From the NCBI RefSeq assembly GCF_001194135.2, contig NC_068989.1:2907761-2971760 (forward strand): 64,000 bases of DNA. Reading direction: 5' to 3'. Each line of letters starts with the position of its first letter. Position 1 is the first letter of the stretch. This document shows positions 1-13,576 of the stretch, in pieces. The DNA is from Octopus bimaculoides (lineage: Eukaryota). A program made the translations under genes and the position numbers. Below the pieces are notes generated by a model. That model searched no databases. It saw only the letters and a program-made list of their open reading frames with translations, and was not told where the DNA came from.

Positions 1-1959
1 ATATATATATAATGAGAAGAGAGAGAGAGAGAGAGATGTGTTTATAAGCTATTTTGTGTGTGTGTGTTTGTCCTCATCACCTCTCGACAACCAATGTTGG
101 TGTAGTTATGTCCCCATAACTTAGCAGTCCAGCAAAAGAGACTGATAGAATAAGTACCAGGCTTAAAAAACAACAACAGCAAAAAAAAAAAAAATAATCA
201 GTATTGGTGTTGATTTATGCAACTAAAAATTCTGCAAAACAGTGCCCCAGCATGGCCATAGTCTAATGACTAAAACAAGTAAAAGAGAAAAAAAAATTTT
301 TAATCTCAGTTTACTATCTTAAAAAAAACAAAAAGAAAAATGGGAAAAGACACATTCCACAATGTAGTCCTTGGTATACAAAGGCAGGTCAGCGACAGCT
401 TGGCAGATTTTCTACTTATGGGAGACATTAAAGAACAAACATTAGCAACTTGCAAATATATGCCACACCCATTTCACAGCTGGAAGTTGCAGTCAATTAT
501 GAAAATGCATGTCATAATATTTATCTGTGTTTGGTGAATTGATGAGAATACATAATTCGGAAGTGATCAAGGTTAATTGTGTTTATTTTTCACTGCATGT
601 ATTAATTGACTTAACGAGGTTGTTTTAGTACAGAGCTTACTGAGTAGAGGTGGTGGTGGTGGTGGGGGGGATAATGGAATGAGGCAGAGTGTTTCATAAG
701 TAAATTAGTAAGTATTTTAACAGATTTTATAAACTTACTGTACAGGCAATATAATGAGAGAGAGAGAGAGAGAGAGCAGGAGGAAAGAGAGAAATAAAGT
801 GTGTGCGTGAGAGAGAGAGCAGGAGGAAAGAGATAAATAAACTGTGTGTGTGAGAGAGAGAGAGAGAGCAGGAGGAAAGAGAGAAATAAAGTGTGTGTGT
901 GAGAGAGAGAAAGTGTGTACATGTGGAGGGGAAAATGAAAAGAACAATAGAAAAATGTTGAACTAATTTGAAAACAAGAATACACAACTACTCCAAAACT
1001 AATGCAATAAATGACATGCAGAGATCAGTGTTAAATATTGAAATATAAATATACAACAAATAAAACAAATCTACCCCACAAAAAAATTCTTTGAAAAAGA
1101 GCAGCCAATGCCACAATGGTAGTAAGGTTAATGAAAGAGCCATAAAGTAGTCACTTAACATGCTAGAAATACCACCCAAATCTCCTTCAAATCACATCCT
1201 GTCACCTTTTAAAAAAGATGCATGAGAAGATGCAGTCCTGAATTCCTTATTAGGAAAGGGATCCAGCCATGAAAACCATGCCAAAGCAGACATTGGCTCT
1301 CAACGCAATCCTTGAGTACATCAAATCCTGTCAAACTGTCCAACCATGACAGCATGGAACGTACATTAAATGATGATAATGATGATAGGACATTAACCTC
1401 CTGGAAACTGTTCAGAGACGTGCAACCAAGTGAATGCCCTCCATTAAGCATCTACCATACTCTGAACGCCTTGCTTCTCTGGGCAGAGATACATTGAAGC
1501 TCCATCATCTGACTTGGAAAATACCCACAAAATTATTAACCATCGCACCAACAACCACCTTGAGCACCTTTTTGAGCTCCATGTGTCTCTAACACATGTG
1601 GGCATGCCTACAAAGTCAGAAAACAGCACAGCTCCCATGACTTTCGGAAACATTTTTTCACACTCAGAGATGCTGAAGCATGGAACAAATTACCTGCCGA
1701 GACATTGCATCTTTTAAAACCTCCATGCTTTCCTGATGGACCACCACAAAATTCCACTCATTCTAGTCTTTGTTTTTTTTTTTAATACCTGTCTACCTGC
1801 CTGTCAGTCAATCTATCTATCTATGCATACACGCACATACACATATATATACATACATTACAAAAGTGAGGTGTTTTGGGCAAGCGTCTTCTACTATAGC
1901 CCTGGGCCAGCCAAAGCCTTGAGTGGATCTGATAGATGGAAGCTGAAAGAAGCCTGTTG

Positions 1960-2020
<61 letters not shown>

Positions 2021-5000
2021 TTGTGTCTGTCCTCCACTACTGCCTGATAACCGGTGTTGGTGTGTTTACGTCTGCATAACTCAGAATAAGTATCAGGTCT
2101 TTTAAAAAAGTAAATACTGGGGTTGCTTCATTCGATAAAAAAAAACTTCTTTACGGCATTGCCCCAGCATGGCCGCAATCTAATGACTGAAATAAGCAAA
2201 AGACGAATATATATATATACACATACATACAATTGCACACACACACAAAACAAACGTAGATTACCTATATAATGACATATCAAAGGGTTAAAAAAAAACA
2301 ATACAAATTAAGGGAGGTAACTTTTAACGAATTACAGGATTTCCTATTTTGGCGCCATGTTATATACATTTGTAAGGATTATAATGATAAAGTATTCCAT
2401 AAGCTCAGTCATCTTGGTTACACAATTGGGTCTAGTTGTATCAACCCCTAACCCCCACCTTCTTCCAGGTAAGTCAACCTTGCTGAGATTTGGACTGAGA
2501 ATTTAGGACAAAACTAGCTACTAGGGACCCCCTTTCTGATGTGAAAAGGAAATTCCAGGGCACCAGTAAGATGTAACCCTTCCCCTGCATCTCACCTTGT
2601 ACTCCCAGCTAAGGGTCTTTTTCCATCTAACATTCTACTATGTTTGTCACTCCATAGTAATAATAGTGTAAAGCTGTAATTAGAGGAACTCTAGCCAAAG
2701 TCTATTCTTTTCCTTGGATAGTATATCTTGGACTACATTACTTAATGTAGCCTAAACTCTACCACCTATCCCTCCCTCCCTCTCTCCATCTTCTCTGCCC
2801 ACACTATTTCTGGGAGGGTCACGAGGGTAGAATTCCCAGGCCTCTCCTCCATTAGGTGCCATCAGAAGCGACCATCATTAGAATTTTGGCAGGATTCCCA
2901 AGCATGACCAACTGCAATATGGCTATCATCCAACCATCTTGTTCTTTGTCTACCCCTCAGTCTTCTGCCAGTTGGTTATGCTTGAAGAATCCAACGTGTA
3001 ATTCCTTCCTGTGACAATCTAATCCTACGACCATAATGCCAGTGCTGAAACCTCTCAATATGGAGAAGTAGGGGCTCAACTTGGAGAGACTCCCTAATTT
3101 CTAAGCTTTGCACCTTGTTGAGTAAAGTTAGTTCAGAAATCTTTTGGAGGAACTCAATACCTAGAAAATATTCTTCCTATTATGAAGAGAGCAGAGTGCA
3201 GTTTGAGGAAACTATGGCTGCAGCTTGAGAATTACGTAGTGAATAGTTAAGTAAATTTAAAGCCTGAATTAGTGGAGTTTATTTACATTTCAGTTTTAAA
3301 ATCAATGAATCACAATGGTTGTTATGGGTACCGAAAGGTCAGGAGTTCAAACCCTGCTGTAGCAACCAATGTGTTAAGTATAAGTAATCTATGAAGTCAC
3401 AAACAACTCTTGTAAGGTAAACAAGAATAACAAAAGCATATGAAAAAGCAAAACCTAATAACAAATCAGAGAAAAGAAATTATACACCAGCGATATATAT
3501 ACATGTGTGTATATCTCCCTATCTTCTCTCCTCCTCCCTCTCTCTCTCTCTACATACATACATACACACCTACATATATTTTCATTTCTTATCTCACAAG
3601 TAAATCGAGCAACACCTCATCAACAACAAAATGTAACAGGAAAGAATGCAATAACAGTGTTATTATCAGACCCTCGTTCGACCTTTATTGAGATAATTCC
3701 TTCTCGTTCCGAGACTAATATTTACAAATGTCTCACAATAAATAAAAGGCCAGTGGATTCGCAGAATGGTTAGAAACTCAGACAAATTGCTTTGAAGTAT
3801 TTGTTCCATTTCTCAGTTCAAATCTCACTCAGACCAAGTTTGTCTTTTATCCTTTCATCCTCAACCCCTGGACTCTCAAACCCCAAGACTCATAGAACCA
3901 GTTACCCAATTTCCATGGTGCATGAACGACCGAGATCACAAGATTTTTGCTCTCCTCGAACAAGACGTCAGTTTACAGTTGAATGGAATGGAGTAACATG
4001 AAAGTATTTTGCTCAAGAAAACAATGCCTTACCTAGTCCAGGAAGTGAAACCATGACCTTGCACTTGAGAGTGTAACGCCCTGACTACTAAGCAATGTAC
4101 CTTGGTGTATCTTTTATTCTTTGGAGATTGATGAAATAAAGAACCAGTCAAGTACTGCGGTTGATTTAATCAGCTTTCATCATCATTATCATCATCAGTA
4201 TCATTTAATATCCGTTGTCCTGACACAAATACACACCCATGATGGCCTTCCATGCAGTTTCTATGAACCAAGGTCATTAAGAAGGCATTGATCAGCCTGG
4301 GGTTATAGAAAATGGCACTTGCCTCCTAAGATACTGCACAATGGGACTGAAGCTAAATCCATAGAATTGCAAAGCGAGTTTCTAAACCGTGCAGCCATGC
4401 CTGAACCTCTGCAGGACAATGTCATAACTTGAAAGCACAAATGCCTCCAGTCACTCATTCCCCAAAACATGAATCAGGGAATCAAGGAGTGGCTCATTGG
4501 AATCCTCTTTGAGCTCAAATGTCCAATGGATCCCTTGTTCACAAATGCACAAAACGAAATAAATAAATTTTTAACGATTAAAGTGTCCGTAGGCAGGGTA
4601 GATAACTCTTGATGTGGCCAGCAGCAGATATAATTTTTGATTTTTAAAAAGATTATACTAAAAAACAAAACAAATAACAAAAATGCATTCTGGAATTAAT
4701 AGGGATAAAATATGTGGTGTCCCCTAGTGGACGGTTAATACAAGGGAGATAATCATTTCTTCATAATGTTTGGCGGGATCTGAAGTTTGAATTTGAAATT
4801 AAGAAATAAAGAAAAGATGTAAAAAACACATATCGCGATACAGATATTGTTTCGAGTTGAGTNNNNNNNNNNNNNNNNNNNNNNNNNNNNNNGTTCGAAA
4901 ATATAAGGACACAGATCGTGTCGTATAGCCAGCTGGAGACGATGTCTCCTGGGGCTAAATTACAGCAACATTCGTCCTAAACCAGGACTGCCATGTCATG

Positions 5001-5079
5001 CTAGCAAGCAATCTTTACTACACATATTTCTTTTATATATTATTTTGCTGCTTACATATTACAGGTGTTACACCTGATT

Positions 5080-5600
5080 ACTTGAGTGAGATGATACAGT
5101 GGTGGACTCACTGGACAAGGGAGTTTGGTGCTGCCAATATCTGAGTAGGGGGACAAAGATGCAGGTCTTCAGGTTTCAAGACTTGGACACTCACCGGGGT
5201 CCTTAAAAGTTGCCTGAACTCCATTGGTACCAGAAAACTTTTCAGGATTACGGGTTACCATTGCTTGGATTTTATATCCAATTAATGACAGTTCTCAGAG
5301 ACTGGAATGCATTCTGGTGCTTGTATGATTTGGGAACATCAGCTCAGCTTGTTTGTGCATGTTGCTCAATTTGATGAGCTGAGTCCTGTGTACCATGTTC
5401 TCATGTCTGAGAATCTAGCTGTGGTGACAGCTCATGCTGACAAGCCACATGCCCCATGGTTCCAGCAAATGAGGAAATATCTTACAGAGATGGAGACAGA
5501 CTGGGAAACTGCTCAGAGGGTTGCCTGGCAGGACCCAAGCAAATACCAACAAATGGTAGATGCAGCATCATGCCCTCAATACCTGACCTGGCTTACTTAT
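5080..5600 (+). mobile_element. RTE-clade LINE 3' fragment (decayed RT C-terminus)
   Basis: Translation pieces DSLDKGVWCCQYLSRGTKMQVF, TWTLTG..LNSIGTRKLFRITGY, EHQLSLFVHVAQF and WFQQMRKYL..DWETAQRVAWQDPSKYQQMVDAA match the typical RTE ORF end (LYGxETWTLT, RQLRLFGHVAR, W..QI..DL). Confidence 0.8.
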
Positions 5601-5933
5601 TATGAAGTTCCTGAAATTTAAAGTCAACAAAAATCAAAATCCTTGTGCTTGAAGAATAAAGGGAGTTTCCTATAAACCATGAGCAAATGAGAGCTGGAAT
5701 CACATTGGTAGAATAGATACAAGTTTGTCATTGTATATCTAATGAGACCAAAGTTTTAACTCGTTTCTCTACAACTCAGCATCTCTTTGAAAATCTTCTA
5801 CAATCATCAGCCACATTCCATCAATGTTAAAACTTACTTCTTACAGTTTTCTAGAATCAGTAAGCTCATCACTTAGTACCATATTCAGAGAAAAAAAGAA
5901 AAAAAGTATATACTGAGAGAAAATAAAGAATAC

Positions 5934-6025
<92 letters not shown>

Positions 6026-6161
6026 TGTGTGTGTTTTGGAAAGTGAAGATAAGATAAAAAAAAAGAGTAAGACAAGAGACTTACAGTTAATTAAAAATAA
6101 TCTCTGGAAAATAGATTAGACTAATTAAGAATATAAAATGATAACAAAAACCACAACTTAC

Positions 6162-6207
6162 CTTTTGTGTTTGAAACTGATGTGCATACTGGAGGACTGA
6201 GACTCCT
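6162..6207 (-). CDS. Candidate 46-nt internal micro-exon of the same gene (frame undetermined)
   Basis: Minus strand reads TTTTTTCTTTCACCTTTGACAG | AGGAGTCTCAGTCCTCCAGTATGCACATCAGTTTCAAACACAAAAG | GTAAGT. Both splice sites are strong consensus in unique sequence. All three frames are open (RSLSPPVCTSVSNTK / GVSVLQYAHQFQTQK / ESQSSSMHISFKHK). Confidence 0.5.
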
Positions 6208-6440
6208 CTGTCAAAGGTGAAAGAAAAAAATGTGGTTAAATATACGTATAAAGAAATTTGAAGCTTAAAATAATGTCTGTAATGATCTATTATTATTATT
6301 ATTATTGTTGTTGTTGTTGTTGGCTTGCATGAGTGTTTTGCAATCAAGATCAATGTTCTTGACACCAGGTCACAACCAGTTTCCTTTGATATCAAGGACC
6401 TTTCTTACAATCCTTAAATTTATTATCATCATTATCATTA

Positions 6441-6652
6441 AGGTGGCGAGCTGGCAGAATCGTTAGCACGCCGGGCGAAATGCTAAGCAGTATTTTGTCT
6501 GTCGCCATGTTCTGAGCTCAAATGCCGCCGGGGTGGACTTTGCCTTTCATCCTTTCGGGGCTGATTAAGTAACAGTTATACACTGGGGTCGATGTAATCG
6601 ACTTAATCCCTTCCCCCAAATTCGAGGCCTTGTGCTTCCAGTAGAAAGAATT
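6441..6652 (+). mobile_element. tRNA-derived SINE family A, near full-length
   Basis: GGCGAGCTGGCAGAATCGTTAGCACGCCGGGCGAAATGC...GAGCTCAAATGCCGCC...CTTTGCCTTTCATCC, ending in (TTA)n. Other copies or fragments: ~3770-3860(+), ~10020-10400, 14190-14400(+), 14456-14680(+), 21540-21700(-), 26590-27110(-, three), 29120-29250(-), 36350-36553(-), 37660-37862(-), 44815-44887(+), 48930-49137(-), 49200-49356(-), 59050-59630(+). Confidence 0.85.
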
Positions 6653-7074
6653 ATTATTATAATGATAATAATAATAATTATTATTATTACATTTTTACCA
6701 TAGTATTTCATGTTTTATTTGTAGTTCTATTTTCCCTCTACAACTTTTGTGTATCATTTCTGAAATTTGAATAAATCTTACCTCTTTTCAGACATTTGAT
6801 GACAAAATGCCTAGAAGGGGGGGGGGCAATTTATCTGACAACCCAATATTAAGTGTATGTGTGTGTATATGATGGTGGTGGTGGTGGAATCGATTTAATT
6901 GATTTTACTTGTTACCAGAAAAATTATTGGTTTCATGCCTAAACCCCAAAAATTGATATTTCAATATTTTAAGATAGACTGAAAACGTTCAGGAAATTTT
7001 GTTGATATTAATTTCTTCAGAATAGTTACAAGGAGAATGTTGAAATGCATCCAGTCCACTGATTCAGCCATGTC

Positions 7075-7720
7075 TCGGCACATTACAGATAAGTATTTAA
7101 CAACATTTTGATTGACCGGATGCAGTACCAGGCAGTGGCTCTCATGGCTTCTCATCTTAACTGATTGGATGTGTTATTATATACATAGTTTTGTCTTGGC
7201 ATAAAAGATGGGCTACAGCAAATATTCTGCTTAATACCACAGATTTGCTTGTCAGTTGTTTGACCTTAACCAGTTGAGCATGTCTCTTGGTGGCTGACGA
7301 CATGTGCATCTCTGATCACGGGCAGAAGTAGTGGGAGAGCATCATAGCCATGTGTTGAGAGGAATTCTTTGGAGTTTGGATAACTCACCTTTGGAAACAT
7401 GGGTGTTTCATGCAACAACCTTAAACAACCCTTATTCAGGGACCTTTTGCTCGGGATGGGCTACTCGACCTCAAGAAAATTCTAACTGGGCCCCACCTGC
7501 AAGGTCATGTGCTGTTTATCTTGATATGAAATCACTATGTCACCCATATGCTTGTGATGCATGTGCCTGCTATACCCTTATCAAATGGATAGTCATGATG
7601 AGTATACTGGACTTTGTATATTTTACCCCAGTGTCACTTTGATAGAATGCACTGCTCTGTCACTCAATAATAATAATAATGATAATAATAATAATATCAA
7701 CAACAACAGCAATAATAATA
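7075..7720 (+). repeat. Probable 3' end of a non-LTR retroelement ending in (AAT)n
   Basis: About 600 bp of more GC-rich sequence ending abruptly in an (AAT)n/(AAC)n tail at ~7665-7720. No protein motif recognised. Confidence 0.4.
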
Positions 7721-8009
7721 ATGATGATGATTTGTAGCATGAATAGAAGCGTATCTATCAGTATTTATATAATTCAATATATTAAGATCAAGTTATTTTA
7801 ATGTTGTTAATTGATAAAATTATATAAAGCTCGTTCACAGTTAGAAATGGTTAGGAAGTAATTTATACTGCTTCATTAATGTAAGCACATACAACATTGA
7901 AAGTATTTCAGAAAATACTTACCCCCACCAGTCAGGATTAAATATATAGAAATATATCATATACACTCGTACGCCACACACACACACAAATTGACAATAC
8001 AGAAAATAG

Positions 8010-8044
<35 letters not shown>

Positions 8045-9878
8045 AAACAAAAATTAACCTGGAGACATTGATTGATATTTTTTTTTCTTAAGTTAATTGT
8101 GACAGTATTTCTAACATAAAACTGCTGAAATTTCAATTAATTTGGAAGACAATCATGAATTACGAAAACAATTTGAAAGGTTTAGTATAATAGGTACCGT
8201 ATATGATGGCAATATAAGACACACTATTCCCCCCCCCCCAAAAAAAAAATAATAAATAAACTAAAAAGCTAAAAATCACTCAGGTTGTATATATATGGGT
8301 CTCCCATAAGCTTCTTTTTTTTTTTTTTTTGCATGTTTTATCACTAATCACATAGAACATTTTTTTTCTTTTGCTGTGTTGCTTACTTTTTACATACAGT
8401 AATGTTTTCTGCTATAGCTAGGGTACTTTTTTAATGTACTAGTAGATTGCTTCATATGTTACAAGTTTTAATATACTAAAAGCATTTTTTTCCCTTTAAT
8501 ATGTTCAGCTGAAATTGGGGAACATTTAATATGCTTGCTGATCTTTTATGCCATCAAATACAGTAACACCTTTTTCATTTACCTGTATATCAAGCAGGTG
8601 TTTGGATCATAAACTTAACAGAATGTTTTTATACAAAATCAAGATGGGTGGTTTTAATTTAAATATGGATTCAGAACAAGCAGTTTTGTGTTGAAGAACC
8701 AGAGGTGAACTTGGGCAGATTGATTTGAAAATGGTTAAGGAAAGACTGTCAACCGTAACAAAATAGATGAGTGTGAAATACGGTTTTGGTTTTAGATTTT
8801 GTTCCAGTTATTTCTGAAAACTGAAGCAAAATATTTTAAAGACAGGTCAGTGGATTTATATTCTTAGAAACTGACTAGCAATGACACATATTGTGTACAC
8901 ATGGATGGACACACATAACATATATAGATATACACGTGTATGATTTTGAAGTGTTTAGTTCAAAGATACAGTCATTGCGTAGGAAAATGAGATCATAAAA
9001 AATTAACATAGAAATAATACAATTTTTAATTAATAAAAAAACAAGCATTTAAGTAATAAATATATTAATAAAGGCCTGTACGCATGTGTATGTACAAACA
9101 TACATACATTTATGCATGTATATATGTATGTGTGTCTGTGCATGTGTGTGTATGTATATAATTGTTGAATGATTCTGTTTAAAGATGAAACAAAAAATGG
9201 AAAAAACTACAATTAAAAACTGTGTTCATAATATAGCAACAGAGTAGATATGTTTATCCGAAAATATATATAAAAAAAAAATTATTAGTTTAAGAAGACA
9301 ACAAAACTAGTTTTGTTTCCTTCTCTGTTGAACTTGTACAAGAGACAACTAGTCTAGCAATAAAAGAAATGAGATTAGTTTTCATATACAGTGCTCCAAC
9401 ATGACCACAGCTGTATGGGTATATATATATACATGCATATATACACTTATATAAGCAAACAAGCTCAGGCTGATAAAGAAATGCGAAGGGAGGCAACTTC
9501 GCTTCCTTTTCGTAAACTTGCTTGTTTCAAAAATTTTGCTTCAGGAAACAGATTTTAATTCAGTGGACACCCTCGAACAGACACTTCAAAATTTCATAAG
9601 TGGAACTTCTAAGATTAAGAAAAAAAAAAAATCATTTTTACTGAAATAGAGGCAATAATTAGTTAGAATTATCTATTATAATTAACATTATTTTATTCAA
9701 AATGTAATAAATTTCTCTGGGAAGCTGCAAAAAAAGCATTGAAAGAAAGAAATGAAATATGAACAGACAGAAAAATTAAATTATCTATCCATCAAAAAGT
9801 AGAAGAAAATTATTAAATTCTGATGAATTTTTTAGGAGGTAAAAATATTACAGTTCTATATTTAAGAGATGAGGAATT

Positions 9879-9955
9879 ATGTACATTATTTACATTCAAG
9901 GGATATTTGTCCTCATCTTGTTTGTTGTTCACACGTTCCAGCTGATATAGCCTCC
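9879..9955 (-). mobile_element. 5'-truncated copy of the hammerhead-SINE tail, joined to a family-A SINE 3' fragment
   Basis: Reverse complement reads GGAGGCTATATCAGCTGGAACGTGTGAACAACAAACAAGATGAGGACAAATATCC...ATGTAAATAATGTACAT, matching the tails at 29843-29918 and 12632-12718. CTGATGA is absent. Confidence 0.75.
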
Positions 9956-11027
9956 GATCTAATCGGCTGGCCACCTCCCTAAATATTTCGGGCCTTGTGC
10001 CTAGAGTAGAAACGATTATGTTCTTGGTTCAAATTCTGCTGGGGTTGACTCTTCCTTTTCATCCTTTTGGGATTGATAAATGAAATACCAGTTACGCATT
10101 GGGGTTGATGTAATTGACAAGCCACACGTTCACAAAAATTCTCTCTTAGACACAAACAATTAAAAAAAAAAAAAAACTAACTAAATAACGAATAACCCTT
10201 TCTTATTTTGACACAAGACCAGCAATTCAGGGAGTGGGGTGGGGGTGGGGGGTGAGAAAGTTGATTACCTCAACTCCACTGTTTAACTGGTCCTTATTTT
10301 GGAAACCCCGAAAGGATGAAAAGCAAAGTTGACTTTGGTGGAATTTGAACTGAGAATGTAAAGGCAGACCAAACGCTTAGCAGCATCTTGTCCAACAGGT
10401 TAACGAGTCAGCCAGCTCGTTAGGTTAAATAAACTACTAAGAATACAAACAAATAAGCAAAAAAAAAAGTGAAAGAAACAAATAGTACAACTATCACACA
10501 CACACACACACAAGTGCACACACAAACACACACACATGCGCACATACACACACACGCATGTGCACACACATATACACACGTGCACACACACGCACACACA
10601 TACATACACACGTGCACACACACATACACACAAGTGCACACACATGCGCACATACTCACACATGCATGTGCACACACATAAACACATGTGCACACACACA
10701 CACTTACGTGTTGCTCTTATTAGCACATACATAAAATTTCTCTCTCTCTTTCTTAGATAAACTACCATTCTCTTTGCAATTCACACACATACACATATCT
10801 ACATGTATAACACACACACACACATGCGTGTATGTAATTCTATACAAAATAAATATATAAATCCAAAAAACAAACAATCAAACAAAAATCCCAAACTCTG
10901 GTTTTTAAACGCACACCACCCACCCACCTCTGCCCACCACCTCTCGACTAAAATTATCTTGCAGCATTTAATAATATTGACAAGAGGCCAAAATAGCATA
11001 TGGACAACAACAATAATGACAATGATG

Positions 11028-11077
<50 letters not shown>

Positions 11078-12370
11078 GATAGTAAATATGTTGAAAAAAT
11101 AAAATATTGTCAGTGCTAATGAGAACAGCAACAATAATAATTATAATTTCTAATGATATTAATAAAAAATAAAGCACAATAGACTAACGAATGGCCAGGA
11201 ATAGGATTCATTTATATTCAATGAAGGACATGTTTTTTTTTTGTTTTTTTGTTTCAGTTCTTTTGTTGGGTTGACAAACGTGGAGTTATTTTCTCTTTTG
11301 ATTTATTTATTTATATAATTTCCTTTTCATAAATGTCCATAAAATTGTATGGTAATCCTAAAAATTCGTTTCTTTTCTTTGTTTTTGTTATTTTTCTTTC
11401 TTCTTTTTATGGAGCTTTTTTGTTTTGCACAATAAAAACCCCAATCGACTCCGATCGATATCTAGTTTTATGGTACCCCATGGCCTTAGGATTCAGTTTT
11501 GATAACATAATCAATAAAAAGTAAACAAATAAAAAAATAAAATAAATAAATAATGTTTAAACAGCAACTGTTAATGTGGCGTTGGATTAACTTGGTAAGA
11601 TTTTGTCTTTGTCTAACATAGTGGTGGTGGTGGTGAGAGGACCCCTGTTTCACATGGAGGATTTCACTTGCATTCAACCCATGTCAGTATGCAATGTGGA
11701 TGTTGATGATGATGATGATGATGACGATGATGATGATGATGACGATGATGATGACGATGACGATGATGATGATGAGGAGGAGGAGGAGGAGGAGGAGAAA
11801 GATTCAAAGTTGAAACCACCTACTGATAACATCTGCAAAAAACCCATCTTTTACATGTTTAAGTTACTGGACTGTGGCCATGCTGGGGCACTGCCTTGAA
11901 GAATTTTTAGTCAAACGAATTGATCCCCAGTACTTGTATTTCTAAAGCCTGGTACTTATTCTATTGGTCTCTTTAGCTGAACTGCTAAATTAATAGGGAC
12001 ATAAACACACCAACACTGGTTTGTCAAGTGGTGGTACTGGGCGCAACAAATGCAGACACAAAGATACACATATACGTGTGTGTGTGTGTGTGTGTGTGAG
12101 TGAATTCAGGTGACCATGAACAGCAGCAGCAGCTAGAGACTGGCCCTGCCACAGTCTTGTACTTCCAGTAGCCTAAGCACCATGAAGATCTGGACAACCT
12201 CTGGGACTTATTTGTTTGTAAGGTTGAGGCAGAGAAAGAAATCCACTGGTCAACAGTTGCTGCAATGAAAACCAGTGCATATTTTTTCACATTGGGATAT
12301 GCATTAGGTCTGCTACCCAAGAACAAATACATCTAAAGGGGCTTCTGCCTAGTTTCCGTATATTTTTCTT

Positions 12371-12440
12371 TTAACCCTTTCATTACTGTATTTCTGTTGA
12401 GATGCTCTATGTTTCTTTCAATTAATTTTAAATATATGTT
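12371..12440. mobile_element. Truncated left end of the same piggyBac-type MITE
   Basis: TTAACCCTTTCATTACTGTATTTCTGTTGAGATGCTCTATGTTTCTTTCAATTAATTTT closely matches 23031-23090. Confidence 0.7.
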
Positions 12441-12450
12441 TCAGTTGATA

Positions 12451-12718
12451 TAACCACTACGCCATATGCCTGTGGGCATATGGTGTAGTGGTTAAGAGCG
12501 CGGGCCACTAACCCCAAGATTCCGAGTTTGATTCCAAGCAGTGACCTGAACAACAGCAGCAACAACATCGAAATATACCTTAGGAATGAGAACACAGGTT
12601 CGAAATTTTTCCAAGACACCTGATGAAGGCTGGAGAGTATATCAGCCGAAATGTTATGTTAACAATAAACAAGATGAGGACAAATATCCGTCAAATGTAA
12701 ATAATGTAAATAATGTAC
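12451..12718 (+). mobile_element. tRNA-headed, hammerhead-bearing SINE-like element (copy 1) with 20-bp 5' foldback
   Basis: TAACCACTACGCCATATGCC-TGTG-GGCATATGGTGTAGTGGTTA hairpin, then a full tRNA-like head (12474-12548). Hammerhead core at 12615-12660 (CTGATGA...GAAA) carries decayed stem III and stem I bases (GAAATGTTATGTT). Confidence 0.8.
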
Positions 12719-13418
12719 CACCATTTTGTAGCTTAACAATTTTGGAGATGTACAAATATAAACACACNNNNNNNNNNNNNNNNNNNNNNNNNNNNNNNNN
12801 NNNNNNNNNNNNNNNNNNNNNNNNNNNNNNNNNNNNNNNNNNNNNNNNNNNNNNNNNNNNNNNNNNNNNNNNNNNNNNNNNNNNNNNNNNNNNNNNNNNN
12901 NNNNNNNNNNNNNNNNNNNNNNNNNNNNNNNNNNNNNNNNNNNNNNNNNNNNNNNNNNNNNNNNNNNNNNNNNNNNNNNNNNNNNNNNGTATATATATAA
13001 TGTGTGTATAAATAGATAATACATTATACATACACACATGGCTGTAATGAATCGACACCTGTACCTCTTTATTAGTCACACACACACACACACACAATGA
13101 ACTTCTTTCAGTTTCTGCCTATCAATTTCACACATAACACTTTGGTTAATGTAAAATAATAATTCTCACCACCACCACCACCACATCACCATTCCATCTA
13201 CAAACACCCCCCCCACTCCACTCACACTTCACCTCACATTGATCCTTTGAGGGTTCTGTTAGTTTTTTTGTAAATGTCTCATAAATTATTATAAAGACTC
13301 CTCCACACATCTTGGCATAGCTTGGAAACCATGACAGTCAATGGGAAATTATCATTGTTTGTTTTATTGATGAGTTTATCACTCTTATTTCTTTGTATTT
13401 ATTTCATTATCATTATTA

Positions 13419-13452
<34 letters not shown>

Positions 13453-13576
13453 CATGAAGGACGGATCCAGTAACGAGCTGACTCGACTGCGAAGATCAAC
13501 CCACTGCCTTCCTTTGGCGATGAAGAGCAGTTAATGGCCAAGGAAGTTGTGTGGTGGATGCAGTCAGAAGAGGGGT

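Noticed and set aside
7917-7960. Short ORF MIYFYIFNPDWWG ending at a GTAAGT donor on the minus strand
   Set aside because: It is built largely from TA repeats, has no acceptor or promoter evidence, and a chance occurrence is likely.
12474-12548. tRNA gene call for the tRNA-like heads (also 29599-29740)
   Set aside because: The acceptor stem does not pair, the anticodon loop reads CTACTAA/CCACTAA, there is no Pol III T-run terminator, and the head continues into a repeat body. These are SINE heads, not tRNAs.
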